Of a DNA stretch of 64,000 nt, positions 47,318-61,614 are shown piece by piece. Source of the stretch: the human T2T-CHM13v2.0 reference genome, Homo sapiens. Location of the stretch: NCBI RefSeq assembly GCF_009914755.1, contig NC_060942.1; one strand, given 5' to 3'. Under the pieces are notes generated by a model. It worked only from the letters and a program-made list of their open reading frames with translations, made no database searches and was not told where the DNA came from. Each line of letters opens with the position of its first letter. The first letter of the stretch is position 1. A program made the position numbers and the translations under genes.

Positions 47318-50308
47318 AGTAATGTCATTTTATGTCTTTCCCTGGTGTGACTGCCTAAGCGAAATATGCCTGGAGAGAGCCCGGTCCTGGAGGGTGCCCC
47401 TCCTCCAGGGTGGGGCCCCACCTGCTGCTCTCTGTGCCCTGGGCACCATGCAGAAAAGGCTGGGCAGCTCGGGCCAGTGCATTCTGCGCTTGTCTCCTGG
47501 CTGGCTGGAGGTGCAGAGGAAGGAAGGAAGTTTCTATCTTCTAATCAGATGGAGGGCAGGGAGGAGGTGTTGAATGCTACCAGTTCTTCCTTGGGGTTAC
47601 CAACCTGGACCCCAAATGCCTATATCCAGAGGACACTGCCCTGCAACGGTCTTGAGAACATTTTTCTAGGCATGGGAAAAGTTGTAACAAGATTATGAAC
47701 ATGCTTTTTGAATGCATTGCAGTTATAATCAGATTATGTGTCTGATTTAAGGGAGTCTTGGCTTATAAGAGTGCTTTATTTTCATTACAGGGAAATGACT
47801 TGCTGGTAAAACTGAATTTATTTCCGGGAGTCCCAAGCTGGTCCCCCTTTGGCATAGCTGGGAGTGAGGCCTGCAGTTGCCTTCTCTGGATGCGTTGATA
47901 AAGTTACTGGCAAGGCGGCCTGAGTGCTGGGTAGGGTGGACAGATGCAGTGTGCACCGTGGCCAGGCCCTCTCGTGCTCCAAGGAGGAGGAGGATGGGGT
48001 GGACAGTGCCCTGGGCAGCGGGCCCCCAGAAGGACCAGTGGGTGTGGGCATCTGACTGCATGTGTGCATGACTCATGCACACATCTTTTCCGCACATGGA
48101 CTGTGTCTGGATTCTGTTGAGAACAAAATATTTATGCAAAAAAGGTCTGTAAGGCTCAGGCTGCTGATGACTTTGCACTTTCACTTGGATGTTTATGTAG
48201 AATTTTCGACATGTTTGGACATAGCTTGTGTGTGTTCTGTCAAAAGAAGGCTCCAGAAGGATATTTCACCAGGTCCTCAGTTGTCTGTTTTAAGTTTTGC
48301 ATGCGTAGACATTAAACATGCCTCTTTTGGTGACCACCCAGGAGTGAAACGCGATGCTTGATCTGTGCTTCTGAGGATGTAAGTGATGTTGCCGCTACTG
48401 TTACTGCTCAAAAGTGGGCCACCTAAATCCTTCCAGAATAGAATGGTATTGTTTTGGGACAAGATAACTGACATTTTGTGCTATAGTTTCTCCCTGGACT
48501 GCAATTTTTGACACTCATGTCATCAACACTCTAAAAACAAACGCTTTTTGGTTTTGAGGGTTTTAGCTCCATTCCCTTCAATAGTCAAGGAAATCCGAGG
48601 TGAATTTTCTCATTGGTCTGAGTCACCTGGTCCAGTGCAGGACGGGGTAGGTGTGAGGCAGATGTGGGGGGTACAGTTGAAGTGAGGTTGGCTGCTGTTG
48701 CAGAAGAGGGGGACATCACAATACAAAAACAATCTTTTTTGCTGTTATGAAGACTAGACGAGGTTAGAAATGCTCTGAGTTGGGGCAGATGGAGCCGTGG
48801 GATTCGCTTGTGAAAGTTGTTTCATTGACCTGCACACGAGGTGTTGAAGACTTAGCTCAGGGCAGCGGTGACGCGGAAAAGAAACGTTTAAGGCCAAGCT
48901 GCTGCAGACTGCACTTTCACTTGAATGTTTGTTCAGAATTTTAGCATGTTTGGACATAGCTGGTGTGTGTTCTGTCAAAAGAAGGCCCCAGAGGGATATT
49001 TGAAAAGAGGTTGTTGATAAATCTATAAGGCTGAAAGGTAAAGAAGGAGCGGGATGGAAAGGACCCCAGAGCTTTGACTCTAGGACATCCCGATGACAGA
49101 GATAGAGATGGCTGATTTGGGGAGAAGAGGGCCAGGTCAGCATTGACTTGCTGAGTATGAGATAAAACTAAATATAATCCAGTGTTTTAAGTTAGAACAT
49201 TAAAAAGTTTTATTTTGAGTAAGATGTGTAAATATTGTGACTTTATAAAAAGTCATCTGCCTATCCAAAGTACTGAGCAGTGGTTTTGAAAAATTTGTTA
49301 AAGTTTTCTCTTTTACTATTTAAACTTCCATGTACTAGTTGAATAGGAACTGATAGTTGTTAACATAACTTTTAAATCGAATTTTTTTTGTGTTATTGCT
49401 TTCTTTAGCAACTGTGCCTCTCTTTTTTATGTTTGATTTGAAGGAAAGTTTTAAGAAGGCCTGGCCTGGCACTTGTCCCAGAGGAATGCATGTGGCATAG
49501 CAAGTTAAAGAGTGCAAATGTCTGCTGTCTTAGAGGGCTGAGTTTGTATGCTACAGACCCACAGAGTATTTCCAAGGTTCTTGGGGGGTAACTATTTAAA
49601 AATCTTTCTTGTTACCATCCCAATTGTTAAACACAATAGAATGATATTGAAAAATATTGTCATAAAGACAGTCTAGAAATGATGAAGAATCAATTCAGCC
49701 ACTTATCAGATGCTACCAGTTGCTCCTGGGGTTCAGGCACCCTATTGCTGGGTGCGTAGGCTATTTCTACAAACAACATATCCCCTGCCTCCAAGAGGAG
49801 TGACACAAGGTGGCTCTGGGCTTTGGACAGTGCACAGTGAGCCATAATGAGGCCTGAGTACAGTGCCACAAAGAGCTGGACATGAGCAACCTCAGAAAAT
49901 ACAGTGGGCAAACAGGCAAATGCGTGGAGACGTCGCCGTATCGAACATGGCCATCCTGACCTGCTCCTGTATAAAGAGGATGGTTTTTACTATAGACCCC
50001 TAAGGCTATAAGACCAGGTGGCCTCAAGCAGAGCCACAGCAGCCCACAGAAAGAGATGAGAGTAGAACAAATAATCCCGAACTTCTGGCACAGACAGAAG
50101 TCTTCATGCACATTCATACCTGGACCCAGGGAAGCCCAACATGGGTGAGAACGTTTTCATAAAATGCTAAAATCATTGTTTAAAATAGCCAGTGCTACAT
50201 TCCACTGTTAGAGGCATGGCCTTCTAATCCAGTTGTTTACCTATGAATCAACTATGATGTCAATTTTTTAAAAAATGGGAGACACTTATTGTTTGAAATA
50301 AAGGTATT

Positions 50309-50831
50309 GACAGATCTGGGATTTGATTTTACTGTACTCACAAGCTAACAAGCTAGCCTCCTACCATTCCGTGGATGCTGGCAGAAGACATGAGACTCCT
50401 GGATCAGAGACAAAGGACTCATTACTCAGGGCACAGCAGGCAGCATCAGCACAGTCAGTTTTCCTTGTCCCCACATCCAGTAAGCATGACCCAATGGGCC
50501 CAGATGGATGCCTTTGAAAGACAGTCCAGCTCTGCCCTGACTCCCTGGTCCTTTTTACCTGGTGACATCAGAGAGCCCCTGATGTGAGCTGTGGTGTCAC
50601 AGCTGGGGAACACTGAGCCTGGAGAACCCACCATGTTATAGCCATTTTATAGTAAGCAAGCCTGCTCTTTGTTGCAGAGGGAGACATCACCTCAGCCATC
50701 AAGGTTTCTCACTGCAAACACGGTCCTGAGAAATAGTCCAGGTAGTGTATGGTTCCAGCCTTGCATTCACGACACACCCAGCAAGCTGTGTAGGAGTGTA
50801 AGAGGCCCATGAAGACTGTCTCCTAGTGACA
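50309..50831 (-). mobile_element. ERVL solo LTR (LTR40-like)
   Basis: gatgctggcagaagacatgagactcctgg...aagcaagcctgctctttgt...gaggcccatgaagactgtctcc; TG...CA ends. Confidence 0.7.
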
Positions 50832-50899
50832 TAAATATATAAAAATAATGATACTGTAGGTAAAAATCTGAGAGGACTGTTACAATTTGTGACTGTTAA

Positions 50900-51355
<456 letters not shown>

Positions 51356-52829
51356 TAAGCAAGCATCTATAAAATAACCCCATGTGTATAAGTGTATAAT
51401 ACTCTACCAGGAGCTTTTGGGAATATGGAAGAAGTAAAGGGTTCAGTTCTTGCCCTTGGCTTTATAACATGTTAGAATGATGAGACAGCATTACAGGAAA
51501 CAAGCAAAGTAAATCCATCAAGTGCCTGGTAATGAGATACCAGTAATGTCAGAGAGAAAAGGGAACCAAGTCGTTTTGTAAGATTTTGATGGAATCTTAT
51601 GATAGATGCAGAGTTTTAAATTTGTATTTTTGCAGCCATAGCCACCCAGGTTCCTAGTAGCTTTAGTATAGATGCGTGCAGTTCTGCAAAATGCCTGCTA
51701 TCTAATGTTGCCTTTTTCTTCCCAATTCTGTTTTATATTCTCTCTTGTTCTCCATTTCTTGGTCCCTGTCTCTCTGATGTATGAAGTAAGTATTAGTGGA
51801 AAGAGGGCTTAGCTCTTCAATCTTTTTGATGGGAAGAACATAGCTTGCAGGTGGAGTACACCTGAGAGTCTCCAGCTCTGCCCTGACTCCCTGGTCCTTT
51901 TTACCTGGTGGCATCAGAGAGCCCCTGATGTGAGCAGCCTGGTGCGTTTGGTCCTGCAGGGGTTATCTTGAATCACTGATAATATCTGGGAGTGCTTCGG
52001 TCACTTTTTTGTGAAAGTGGCTATGTTAGCGACACAGCACATTTGAGTAACACCGCCTGTTGCACCAAATGCCCCCGTGCCACGGCTGCTCTTGCTGCCA
52101 CTCTGAGTTAAATGGTAACTTCTTAATGCATAGGACGACTGTGGCTCAGCGCCACCAAAGGACTTGCCCAAGGTCACACGCGTGACAGGACGAGGGGCAG
52201 GACCTAGGCCTTCTCCTGCCAAGGTCGCAGGTGCTATTTGGGATGTCGTTTGTTGCTTTTGTTGTTTTAACCGGGATTGGTTTGAAATGAAAATGACCAC
52301 ATCAGCACAAAGCACCGTGTTTAGTCCTTGATTTTCTCCTCAACAGGTTGGAGTTTAACAAGGGATTGGGTGGTGGCGAGGTCGTTCTTTGGCCCCAGTC
52401 TTGCAGCGTGTGTGAGTGTTACTCTTTATGAAATGCTGATGAACCAAGCCAGCTGTCATTTCTCCCAGGAGCACTTCAGGGACATCTCACACGCTTCTCC
52501 TCACTCTCCCTGGGACCAGGTCTGTCCCAGAAAACCTTCCTGAGGCCATGCAGCTTCTGAGTTCCAGGACATCTCTCGGGTGGCCCCAGGAGAACCTGAC
52601 CTATTTTGTGGCAGATCATGACTATTTTTAGAGTCTAAACCACCTTTAAAAGACAGACTATCATCCTCTTTCAGAGAATATAGTCCAATCAAGTCAACAG
52701 AATGTTCACAGGGAGTGGGGCACGGAGGAGGATGTGGTTTTGGAGGTTATACAGTAAGTTATGAAGCATGACACAGATGTGATTCTTTTCATCTATTTTG
52801 TTAGGTCTGTATTCAGAGTAAGAATTATT

Positions 52830-53122
52830 AGCCAGGCATGGTGGCTCATGCCTGTAATCCCTGCACTTTGGGAGGCCAAGGCAGGAAGATCACTGGAGCC
52901 CAGGAGTTCAAAACCAGCCTGGTCACCATAGCAAAACCTTGTCTCTATAAACAAAAACATTACTTAGGTGTGGTGGTGCACACCTGTAATCCCAGCTACT
53001 CAGGAGGCTGAGGTGGGAGGATTTCTTGAGTGCAGGAATTTGAGGCTACAGTGGGCCAAGATCGCACCACTGCACTCCAGCCTGGGAGACAGAGCAAGAC
53101 CCTCTCTAAAAAAATAAAGAAT
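52830..53122 (+). mobile_element. Alu (AluJ-like)
   Basis: agccaggcatggtggctcatgcctgtaatcc... Confidence 0.93.
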
Positions 53123-53274
53123 AACCATGCACAAGATTTAACACGTTCATACTGGGGTCTCTCTTGTAGGTCAGGGCCTTTCTGGAGGTCGTCAGACCAT
53201 GCGGTGACTTCTAACCCATGTCACATTTCCACTACAGAACAGTGTGAGATTTCAGCCTTAGCCATGAAAAAGAA

Positions 53275-53533
53275 GTGTGTGTGTGTATGTATGTGTGTAT
53301 ATATATGTGTGTGTATATATATGTGTATATATGTATATATGTGTATATATGTATATATGTGTATATATGTATATATGTGTGTATATGTGTATATATGTGT
53401 ATATATGTATATATGTGTATATATGTGTATATATGTGTATATGTGTGTATATGTGTGTATATATGTATATATGTGTGTATATATATGTGTGTATATATGT
53501 GTGTGTATATATGTGTATATATATGTATATATA
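53275..53533. repeat. Compound (TA)n/(TG)n microsatellite, ~260 bp
   Basis: Alternating purine-pyrimidine tract read directly. Confidence 0.97.
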
Positions 53534-54990
53534 TCTCAAAGGCAAGAGATCCAAATTCTCACTTAGGTGGAGTTTCAGGAATGTTGAAGGAGAGAGGCAA
53601 ACTTGTTGGAGAAAAGAAAAATTTAGAGCCTTTAAAGGTGAGGAAGAAAGGAAAAATAGGAGTGTTTTTATCTCTTTATGCAGTGAGGTCCAGAATCCAG
53701 CCATTGTCAGTTCTGAGCATCTGGGATGTGGCCAAACCGCAGGGTGCTTCAAAAAGCCTCTGAATTCCCAAAGAAGTTGCAGTGAATCCCAAGGAATATA
53801 TTTAGTGGGCAAGGTCTCCTCTTAGAGCCCTTCCCTGTGAAGTTAGCTGGATTTCTATCTCCTAGTGGCTGTCGTTGTCTAAGGCCCCAGTCCCTGGTGG
53901 ATGTGACACTTGCAAAGCAAAGGGCACTGCAGACACCCTAGTGATGAGTGAGGGGAGCAGCATTAGCACCGTGGAACTGTCAGCCAGAGAGCTACAAGGT
54001 AGGGTCCCCAAAGACTGGTAAGAGGACCCCAGACACAAGGAAGATGTTGACCTGCATTCTGTCATTTTCATATAAGAAGGCAGGAGACTGCCTGTGCCTC
54101 TTTGGAAAGAGTACCTGAGAATGAGAAATTCTGGCTCTCCCACTGCTGAATGCCATGGGCAGCTGTGGTGTTTTCATCCCAGGTTCAGAATTTCCAGGAG
54201 TCTAGAACTTCACAGCCATCTATAATGCTTGACTCTGTGTATTTAATTCTTGCTTTAAGTTTTAGCTTCTACAGGAGAAAGCTTCAGTTCCCTGGAAACA
54301 TAGGAAACCTCTTTTCCTGAGGTTGCCAGATCAGGAGTAGCCGCTGTAGGATAAAAGATGTGTGTCCCGGCAACCAAGGAGACCCCCCAGACTTTGTAAC
54401 AGGTGATTCACCTCCAAAAAGGTTCTTCCTTTAAGAAAGTTTCCATAAAGTTTTTATAGAAAATACAGGTTAAAAACAAAAATAGAAGAGGCTGGGGAGC
54501 CGGGAGACCTGTCATCGTGTGAGCATCTGCTGTCACTGACAATCAGTCAGCAGTGAGGAGACCCCGGCAGGGATCTAGAACAGGAAGGGGCGTGTGTGCA
54601 AGGGCCGTGTCCCCTTGCAGAAGCACGTCTATGGCAAATGCCAGGGCATGTTTGGAGACACATTTGCATTTTTGAGATTTTTTTTTCAGGAGTATTGTCA
54701 TCTAATAAAGGTGATCTGATAAAAGTTTCACAGTTTTTGAAAGCAATAGGTTTTTACTATGGGTGTTAAATGCTATCATTGTCTTTTATTGTTATTGCTG
54801 TCAATAAAATGTATGGTTCTTTTGACATAATTTTTCTTCCTTTGGTTTTAGAACCTTGGATTTGGCTGGAAAAGGTTTTAAAGACTGACTTGTCAGCTTT
54901 TTTATCCAAGAAAGATAAAAGGAAATATCACAAGCTGCTCCTTTGTGAAGTGTTTTCAATAATGACTCAAAGTTGATGAGTAGCACCCAG

Positions 54991-55294
54991 TCTTTTTTTT
55001 TTTTTTTTTTTGAGACAGAGTTTCACTCTTGTTGCCCGGGCTGGAGAGTGCAATGGCGCGATCTCGGCTCACAGCAACCTCCACCTCCCGGGTTCAAGCG
55101 ATTCTCTTGTCTCAGCCTCCGAGTAGCTGGGATTACAGGCATGCACCACCATGCCTGGCTAATTTTGTATTTTTAGTAGAGACGGGGTTTCTCCATGTTG
55201 GTCAGGCTGGTCTCAAACTCCTGACCTTAGGTGATCCGCCTGCCTCGGCCTCCCAAAATACTGGGATTACAGGCGTAAGCCACCACGCCTGGCC
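54991..55294 (-). mobile_element. Alu (AluSp/Sq-like)
   Basis: gagtttcactcttgttgccc, ggggtttctccatgttggtcagg; TSD caccca(g/c)tctt. Confidence 0.94.
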
Positions 55295-57204
55295 ACACCC
55301 ACTCTTCTAATCCCTCAGGAGTTATGCCAGATCTACCACCAGGAGATCTTTCCACTCATCTAGTCATGGCTCACTCCTTGTTTCCTAGGTGGAAATAATT
55401 TCACACATTTTCTTCTTCTATGGATTTCAACAGTGTCCTTCACCTGGGGTTTCCTTCATTCATAGGATTTGGGGTAATTAAAGGCAAAGGATACAGTCTT
55501 TCAGGTTGATTAATCTCACCTGTGATAAGCATAGTGCTTCTGCTTTAGGATTCTAGGTAGGCTCCAGAACTTGATAAATCTAACATAGCCTGGTCTTGCA
55601 TAAGTTGTGTGACTGCGTTCCTTTGTGCTGAAGTTTTCCTGAGAAAGGTTTGTACTTATCCCATATTTGGGCGCTTTCTCATCTCCCAAGGGCCCCGGGG
55701 ACTTCAGTAATTGTAAATTCTTGGTTATCAGGAGTTTGCGATCAGACAATAATGGGTGGCACAAGGAAACAAAACTATTGTTGCAAATTCTGCTGATACC
55801 CAGGGAAACCAGATGACAAGATTCAAAACAGAGATGAGAGGACCAAATATACCTATCTTGCAGATTTCTCTAAAAAATTCCTCCCTTTCCCCCTCCACTT
55901 ACTGGAGTTAGTGAAATCCAGTTGAAACACCTCCTCCGAAGTTTCAGTCCAAGGTAGTGACAGTAGAGGGGCAGAAGGACAAGAGGACAGCAGGGGGTGT
56001 GGAGAGCATCCTGGAGGAAAACGGGGATGTTGTTACTGTTTGCAATTCTGCATTTGCGATCACACTTTGAAGAAAATTGCCTGTGAGCAAAGTCTTCGTG
56101 TGGAAAGACTTAAGTAGCAGATCACATGCACGATGACGCTGAATGCTTCTAAACTTATTGATGTCTTAACAGGCCACCAAGCATGCCCTCTGCAGAGATC
56201 ATCTGTATGACTTAGGTCTGAAAGTAAATGCTTGTTCTTCTCAAAGCAGAAAAACATTGTGAAGTATTTTCAGCATCTTTGCTGGGGCTCAATACTTTAT
56301 TCATTCTTGGTCACTAGCTGGTATCTGAGCTGAGTTCAGGAGGAATTTGGAAAGAATCCTGTTGATTTCAAAGACTGCTGGAACATTGACTCTTTGAGGG
56401 TGAAGGGTTGACTATGATTTCTTCTGTACAGCTAGGAATATACAACCTTAATCCTTTCCCGCTGTGCTTAGATCATTTTGAGACTGCTTTTTCCCAAGGG
56501 CACTCTGAGACCCTTCTAGCAGGAGAGTTGGAGAGGTTCTCACTTGTCACAACCCAAAAACAATCTTATGGGAAGAAAACTTTTCAAAGAGCCAAAGGCC
56601 ATAATGAGGCTATTACAAGGGAGTTGCCCTTCCAAGCCCAGGATTTTTAAAGAAGCATGTAATTGGCATAAATTTCCAGAAAAAAGTGTGATGGCCACAA
56701 ATGTCAACGTGTTATTATAATAGATTTCCTGTTTCTACCAGTAATCTAGAAAATGCCAGATCTGGGTCTGCGGGGGGTCCCAGAGCTTGAAGCGGGATAG
56801 AGGTGGCACCCATCAGTGAGAGGTGCACGTCCTGGCAGAGGGAGGGTGGCGTGGTTTGCGATTCCCGGTTTCTCCAGGGGGCCCCAGGGGCTCATGCTCA
56901 TGGGGCCTTGGTGTCCTGAGGGTGGGTCTGCTCCACCACAGCACATCGGGGCTATGCTGTAAAGTAGGTCAGAAGCGACTCCAGCTGTATGAGAAGCGCT
57001 TAGACCCCTATTTGCCCCCTTTGGGAGTCACCAAAATCCCAAAGCCACAGCACATTCCTTGTCATACCTTCTTCTGGAACATGGGCTCACCTCATGTCCA
57101 TCTGGAACGCGAGAGCGGTCAGCAGGAGGTGGACAGTCCCTCAGTGAGTCCAACCTGCCTCCTTGTAAGTCCCTTCTCCGAGATGCAGTGCCGGGCTATG
57201 GAGG

Positions 57205-57370
57205 GTCTCAGGCTGTGAGGAAGGAGAACGGGTTCAAATCCTGGCCGTGTGGTGGGCAAGTTACTTCTTCTGAGCCTGTTCCCTCACACAGGAAATGAGA
57301 ACAAGAGTCCCCACCTCATATTGGTGGTATTAGGATTCGGGATCTCAAATATAAAATGTTGGCTGTCTAA
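57205..57370 (+). mobile_element. MIR
   Basis: gggttcaaatcctggc...gggcaagttacttcttctgagcctgttccctcac. Confidence 0.75.
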
Positions 57371-58289
57371 ACTTGTTAGACGCAGATGCAAGTGCCATGT
57401 TTGCTAACGCCCCTGACATTCTCTAGGGCAGTGCCTTGAGGGGTGTGTTGTCATCTCAGCGGGGTGGCCCCACTCACCTGCTAGGAAGCAAATGTTAGGA
57501 TTTTGACTTCTCAGTCAATACAGAGGGTCAGCTAGAGCTATATCAGGAATAGAAAGTAATGCTTGCAGTGTTTTCCTTTTCTTCATTCCTTTTTTCTTTA
57601 CCTCCATTATTTCCAACTTTCTTTACTCCTTTCTTTCTTTTTTCTTCCCATATTTCCGTAAGAAACCGTGTGTGTGTGTCTGCATGTGTGTATGTGTGCA
57701 TTTACATAAAGCAAAGATAAGCTGTTGTAGAAGGCACTCCTCCATTATTTCCAACAAATTTTAAGATTTTACAACTCTGTTAGAAAATCAAAATTTCTCC
57801 CTCTAGTATTTTCTGGTACATTTTAGAAATATTTTTCCACAAATAAATTAAGGATTGAGAAATGATGACTTCTTATGAAGAAACCATGCATGTTGATTAA
57901 AATATGCTGCTTTGAAATGTCCAGAGAGAAGAAACTGCCTTTAGATATGTAATAATATAAAAATTTTAAATGTGTGTCACCATTTTTTTAAAAAGTAAGG
58001 TCTTTGGAGAAAAAACTTGCTAAAGCTTTGGTCACTGTTTAAAGGCTGCCCTCACAAAATTTATAAACAGTCTGGGTCCATCTAGATGTGTATTTTACAG
58101 ATTAAAGGCAGTACTCGCCTGTCTTTGCTTCTTGGCCATAAAAGGAGAGGAAAGAGAATATATAGGGCTGTTCACATGGAAGGTGCAATAAATCATAGAT
58201 TGCACAGTGATGCCCAAAATGTAAGCCAGGTTGAGTCACATGTAGATCTTTGTTTGGGGTGCTTATGACTGAAAATTTTTGATGTAAAT

Positions 58290-59140
58290 TAGTATTTTTA
58301 TTGTGATAAATACACATAACGTAAAAGTTACCATTTTAACCTTTTTAAAGCACCAATTTGGTGGCATTAAGTACATCACAGTGTTGGGCAACCATCACCA
58401 TTATCTATTTCAAGAACTTCATCATCATCTCAGACAGAAGCTCATACCTATTAAACAATAATCCCTCACTCCCCTCCTGCCCTTCACCCTGGTGACCTCT
58501 GTTCTTTCTATCTCTATGAATTTGTCTATTCTGGGTATCTCATATGTATTAGTCCATTTTTGTGCTGCTGATAAAGACATACACAAGACTGGACAATTTA
58601 CAAAAGAAACAGCTTTAATGGACCTACAGTTCCACATGGCTGGGGAGACCTTACAATCATGGTGGAAGGTGAAAGGCACATCTTACATGGCGGCAGACAA
58701 GAGAAGAGAGCTTGTGCAGGGAAACTCCCCTTTATAAAACCATCACATTTCGTGAGACTTATTCATTATCACGAGAACAGCACAGGAAAGACCTGCCCCC
58801 ATGATTCAATTACCTCCCTCTGGGTCCCTCCCACAACATGTGGGAATTTAAGATGAGATTTGGGTGGGGACACAGCCAAACCATATCTTCATATAAGGGG
58901 AGCCATACAGTATTTGTTCATATTTTGTCTGGTTTATTTCACTTAGCATAATGTTTTCAAGGTTTATTCTTGTATCAGAATTTCATTCCTTTCTATGTCT
59001 GAATAGAATTCCATGGTACATACTGATCATGTTTTGTTTATCCATCCAGGTGTTGATGAACACATGGGTTATTTCCACCTTCTGGTGATTGTGAATTGTG
59101 CTCCTGTGAGTATTGGTGTTCAGGTATAGGTTTGAGTCCC
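58290..59140 (-). mobile_element. Old L1 3' end (L1MB-like) interrupted by a THE1 LTR
   Basis: gtggcattaagtacatcacagtgttgggcaaccatcacc...atacagtatttgt...tttatttcacttagcataatgttttcaagg. Confidence 0.85.
58545..58888 (-). mobile_element. THE1B-like MaLR solo LTR nested in L1
   Basis: tgtattagtccattt...cagccaaaccatatc; perfect 5-bp TSD tcata (58540-58544, 58889-58893). Confidence 0.93.
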
Positions 59141-61292
59141 TGATAATTAGTGTCTTAAAAGGTGTCTTTTTGTAAGCTGAGATTTTCCAAGAGAAGTTTC
59201 AAGGACACCTCGCCGAATGGCATCCTCTTGCTGTCATGAGGGCAGGCACCAGGCATGTTGCTGTGCTGTCTCCATGGTAAAGCTGCACCCCTGCCTGTGA
59301 ATGTGCACAATACAGAACTCAGCATCAGCTGAGAAGCAGCCATGCAGTGTGCGCTGGGACATTTAAACTAGGGTAGCTGCCGCGACTGCTCTCAGCCCAA
59401 ACATTATTCAATGTTCAGGATTGATTAAGGAGAGCAACCCTTGGGGGACACCCCCACTAAGGAGGCTCTCAAATGAACAGTCGGGGTGATGGAGTCTTCC
59501 TTGGCCATGGAGAAGAATGGATAGAAAAGATGCTGTCCCACAGAAGGCAGTTTCCTACGTGGAGTGAGGAAGGACGGAAATTGATGATGACTTCGTGGCT
59601 TCCACCCTTGAGGACAGAGCGGCTGCCAGAACCCCCACAGGGGTGGCAACAGGAGTGATCACACTGATAGCTGAAAGGGAGGTACAAGAAGACATCGGCA
59701 CACACAGCATGGGATGTGCAGGAAGGAAGCAATTGGGGAGCCCCTCTCGGTGAGGGGCAGGAAAAGCAGGAGGACTGAGGCTCTGCGGGATAGGGCGGGA
59801 AGGAGGAGATGAGCGTGAGAGCACGGGGAAAGGGGCGAGTGTGGTGCCCGGCTCAGGCTTGGGAAGCAGCGTCTGCACCCATCTGTTGTTACAGTGGCTG
59901 TTTCTGGGCTGAGTTATCTTTCCGTTTCTGTGTATTCTTTCTCCTCTTTGTTAATTTCATTCTTAATTATTGTTTGGTAGCTTCTATAAAGTCTTCTATA
60001 TAGTCTACAGGCTGAAATGACCTGCCAGCTGCACAAAGAAATTCTTCTCCCCCCAACCAAGCCCGCTCAATACATCCTCATTGATAACATGTCCCATGTC
60101 TGTCTGGAGGAAGCAGGCCTGTGACAAGATGTGCCGAGTTGTTCTGTCTGGCTTCAGTTATGTGCAAGAAAACAGAACTGAAACCAGGAGTTACCAGGGG
60201 GTTAGAAATCAAGGAAGAGGAAAACGATGTCCAAGAAAGGGACAGCCGTGGAAGTGGCCATCCTGGGGCAGGAATGAGGCCTGCTGGCTGGGGCTTCCCT
60301 GATGGGCCCGCCCAGACCCCAGGGTCCAACCTGCTGTAGAACCACCACAGAACAGAATCTAAGTCTCTCCTCATTTTTTCCAATTGGATGCCAGTTCACT
60401 TCCAAAGAGATGTCATGTGCCTGTGAATCTGGCTCAGGCCACCACCAAGGCAGAGAGTCTCCAGCCCAGCTTGTGTCACACTCTTATCAGCGTCTCAATT
60501 TCCATCTAAACCCAAAGCTCTTGTATGGAAGAGGTTTCCTAACTTCTTTTCCTTTTATTTCCCTTTCCTTTGCTTCACGCTTCTACATATCCTTTGGTTC
60601 AGTGGTCTCTCTCAGCCTTATTGCTCATTTGATTTTAATATGTTGACAAAAAGTCTTGTCAGTTCCAAAGAGGAGTGTCTGTCCTTTGCTAATTAGGTCC
60701 TAATAGCAGGGGAGAGAACACACATCATCGGTTTTCTCCTGGTGGTTTGACTCATCCTATAAATTGTATGTGAAATCACTTTTGCCATTGGCTCTTGGCA
60801 TACTTAATTGCATTGTGGAAAATCTGACCCACTTACCTCCCTGAAATGATAGAAATAATGCCCTCTTACTGTGGGAGCGAATTTTGTTGTTGAAATTTTT
60901 CCTATGAATTAACAGATTGGGATTTTTATTTCAGACTTTATATACTTGGTGAAGTTAGGGTTCTAAATTCTGTTCTATATATAGAATATATAGAAATCAC
61001 ACAGTTGAAAAAGTTCATACTTCAAACACACATTTTCCATGCAGAGTGAAAAAGCCTGTTTTCTAAACATTGGTTTTTCTCCTAGAGAGAGAAGAAAGCC
61101 AAAATGATTAATAGTGGGTCTTTTTTTCTACTTTGAAAAAAAGGAGGGGGTGATTAGGACTTGAAAATATTAAACAAGAAGAGAATCATAATTGGCAGGG
61201 TAATATTGCTTTTTATGGTTATCACTTGTTAAGCAAATTACTTCATTTGATCTTTAAAAGAATGCTTTATATAAGGAAGGTACTATTCTCAC

Positions 61293-61614
<322 letters not shown>

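Noticed and set aside
53030-53825. Overlapping 160-184-aa ORFs
   Set aside because: Artefact of the TA/TG microsatellite
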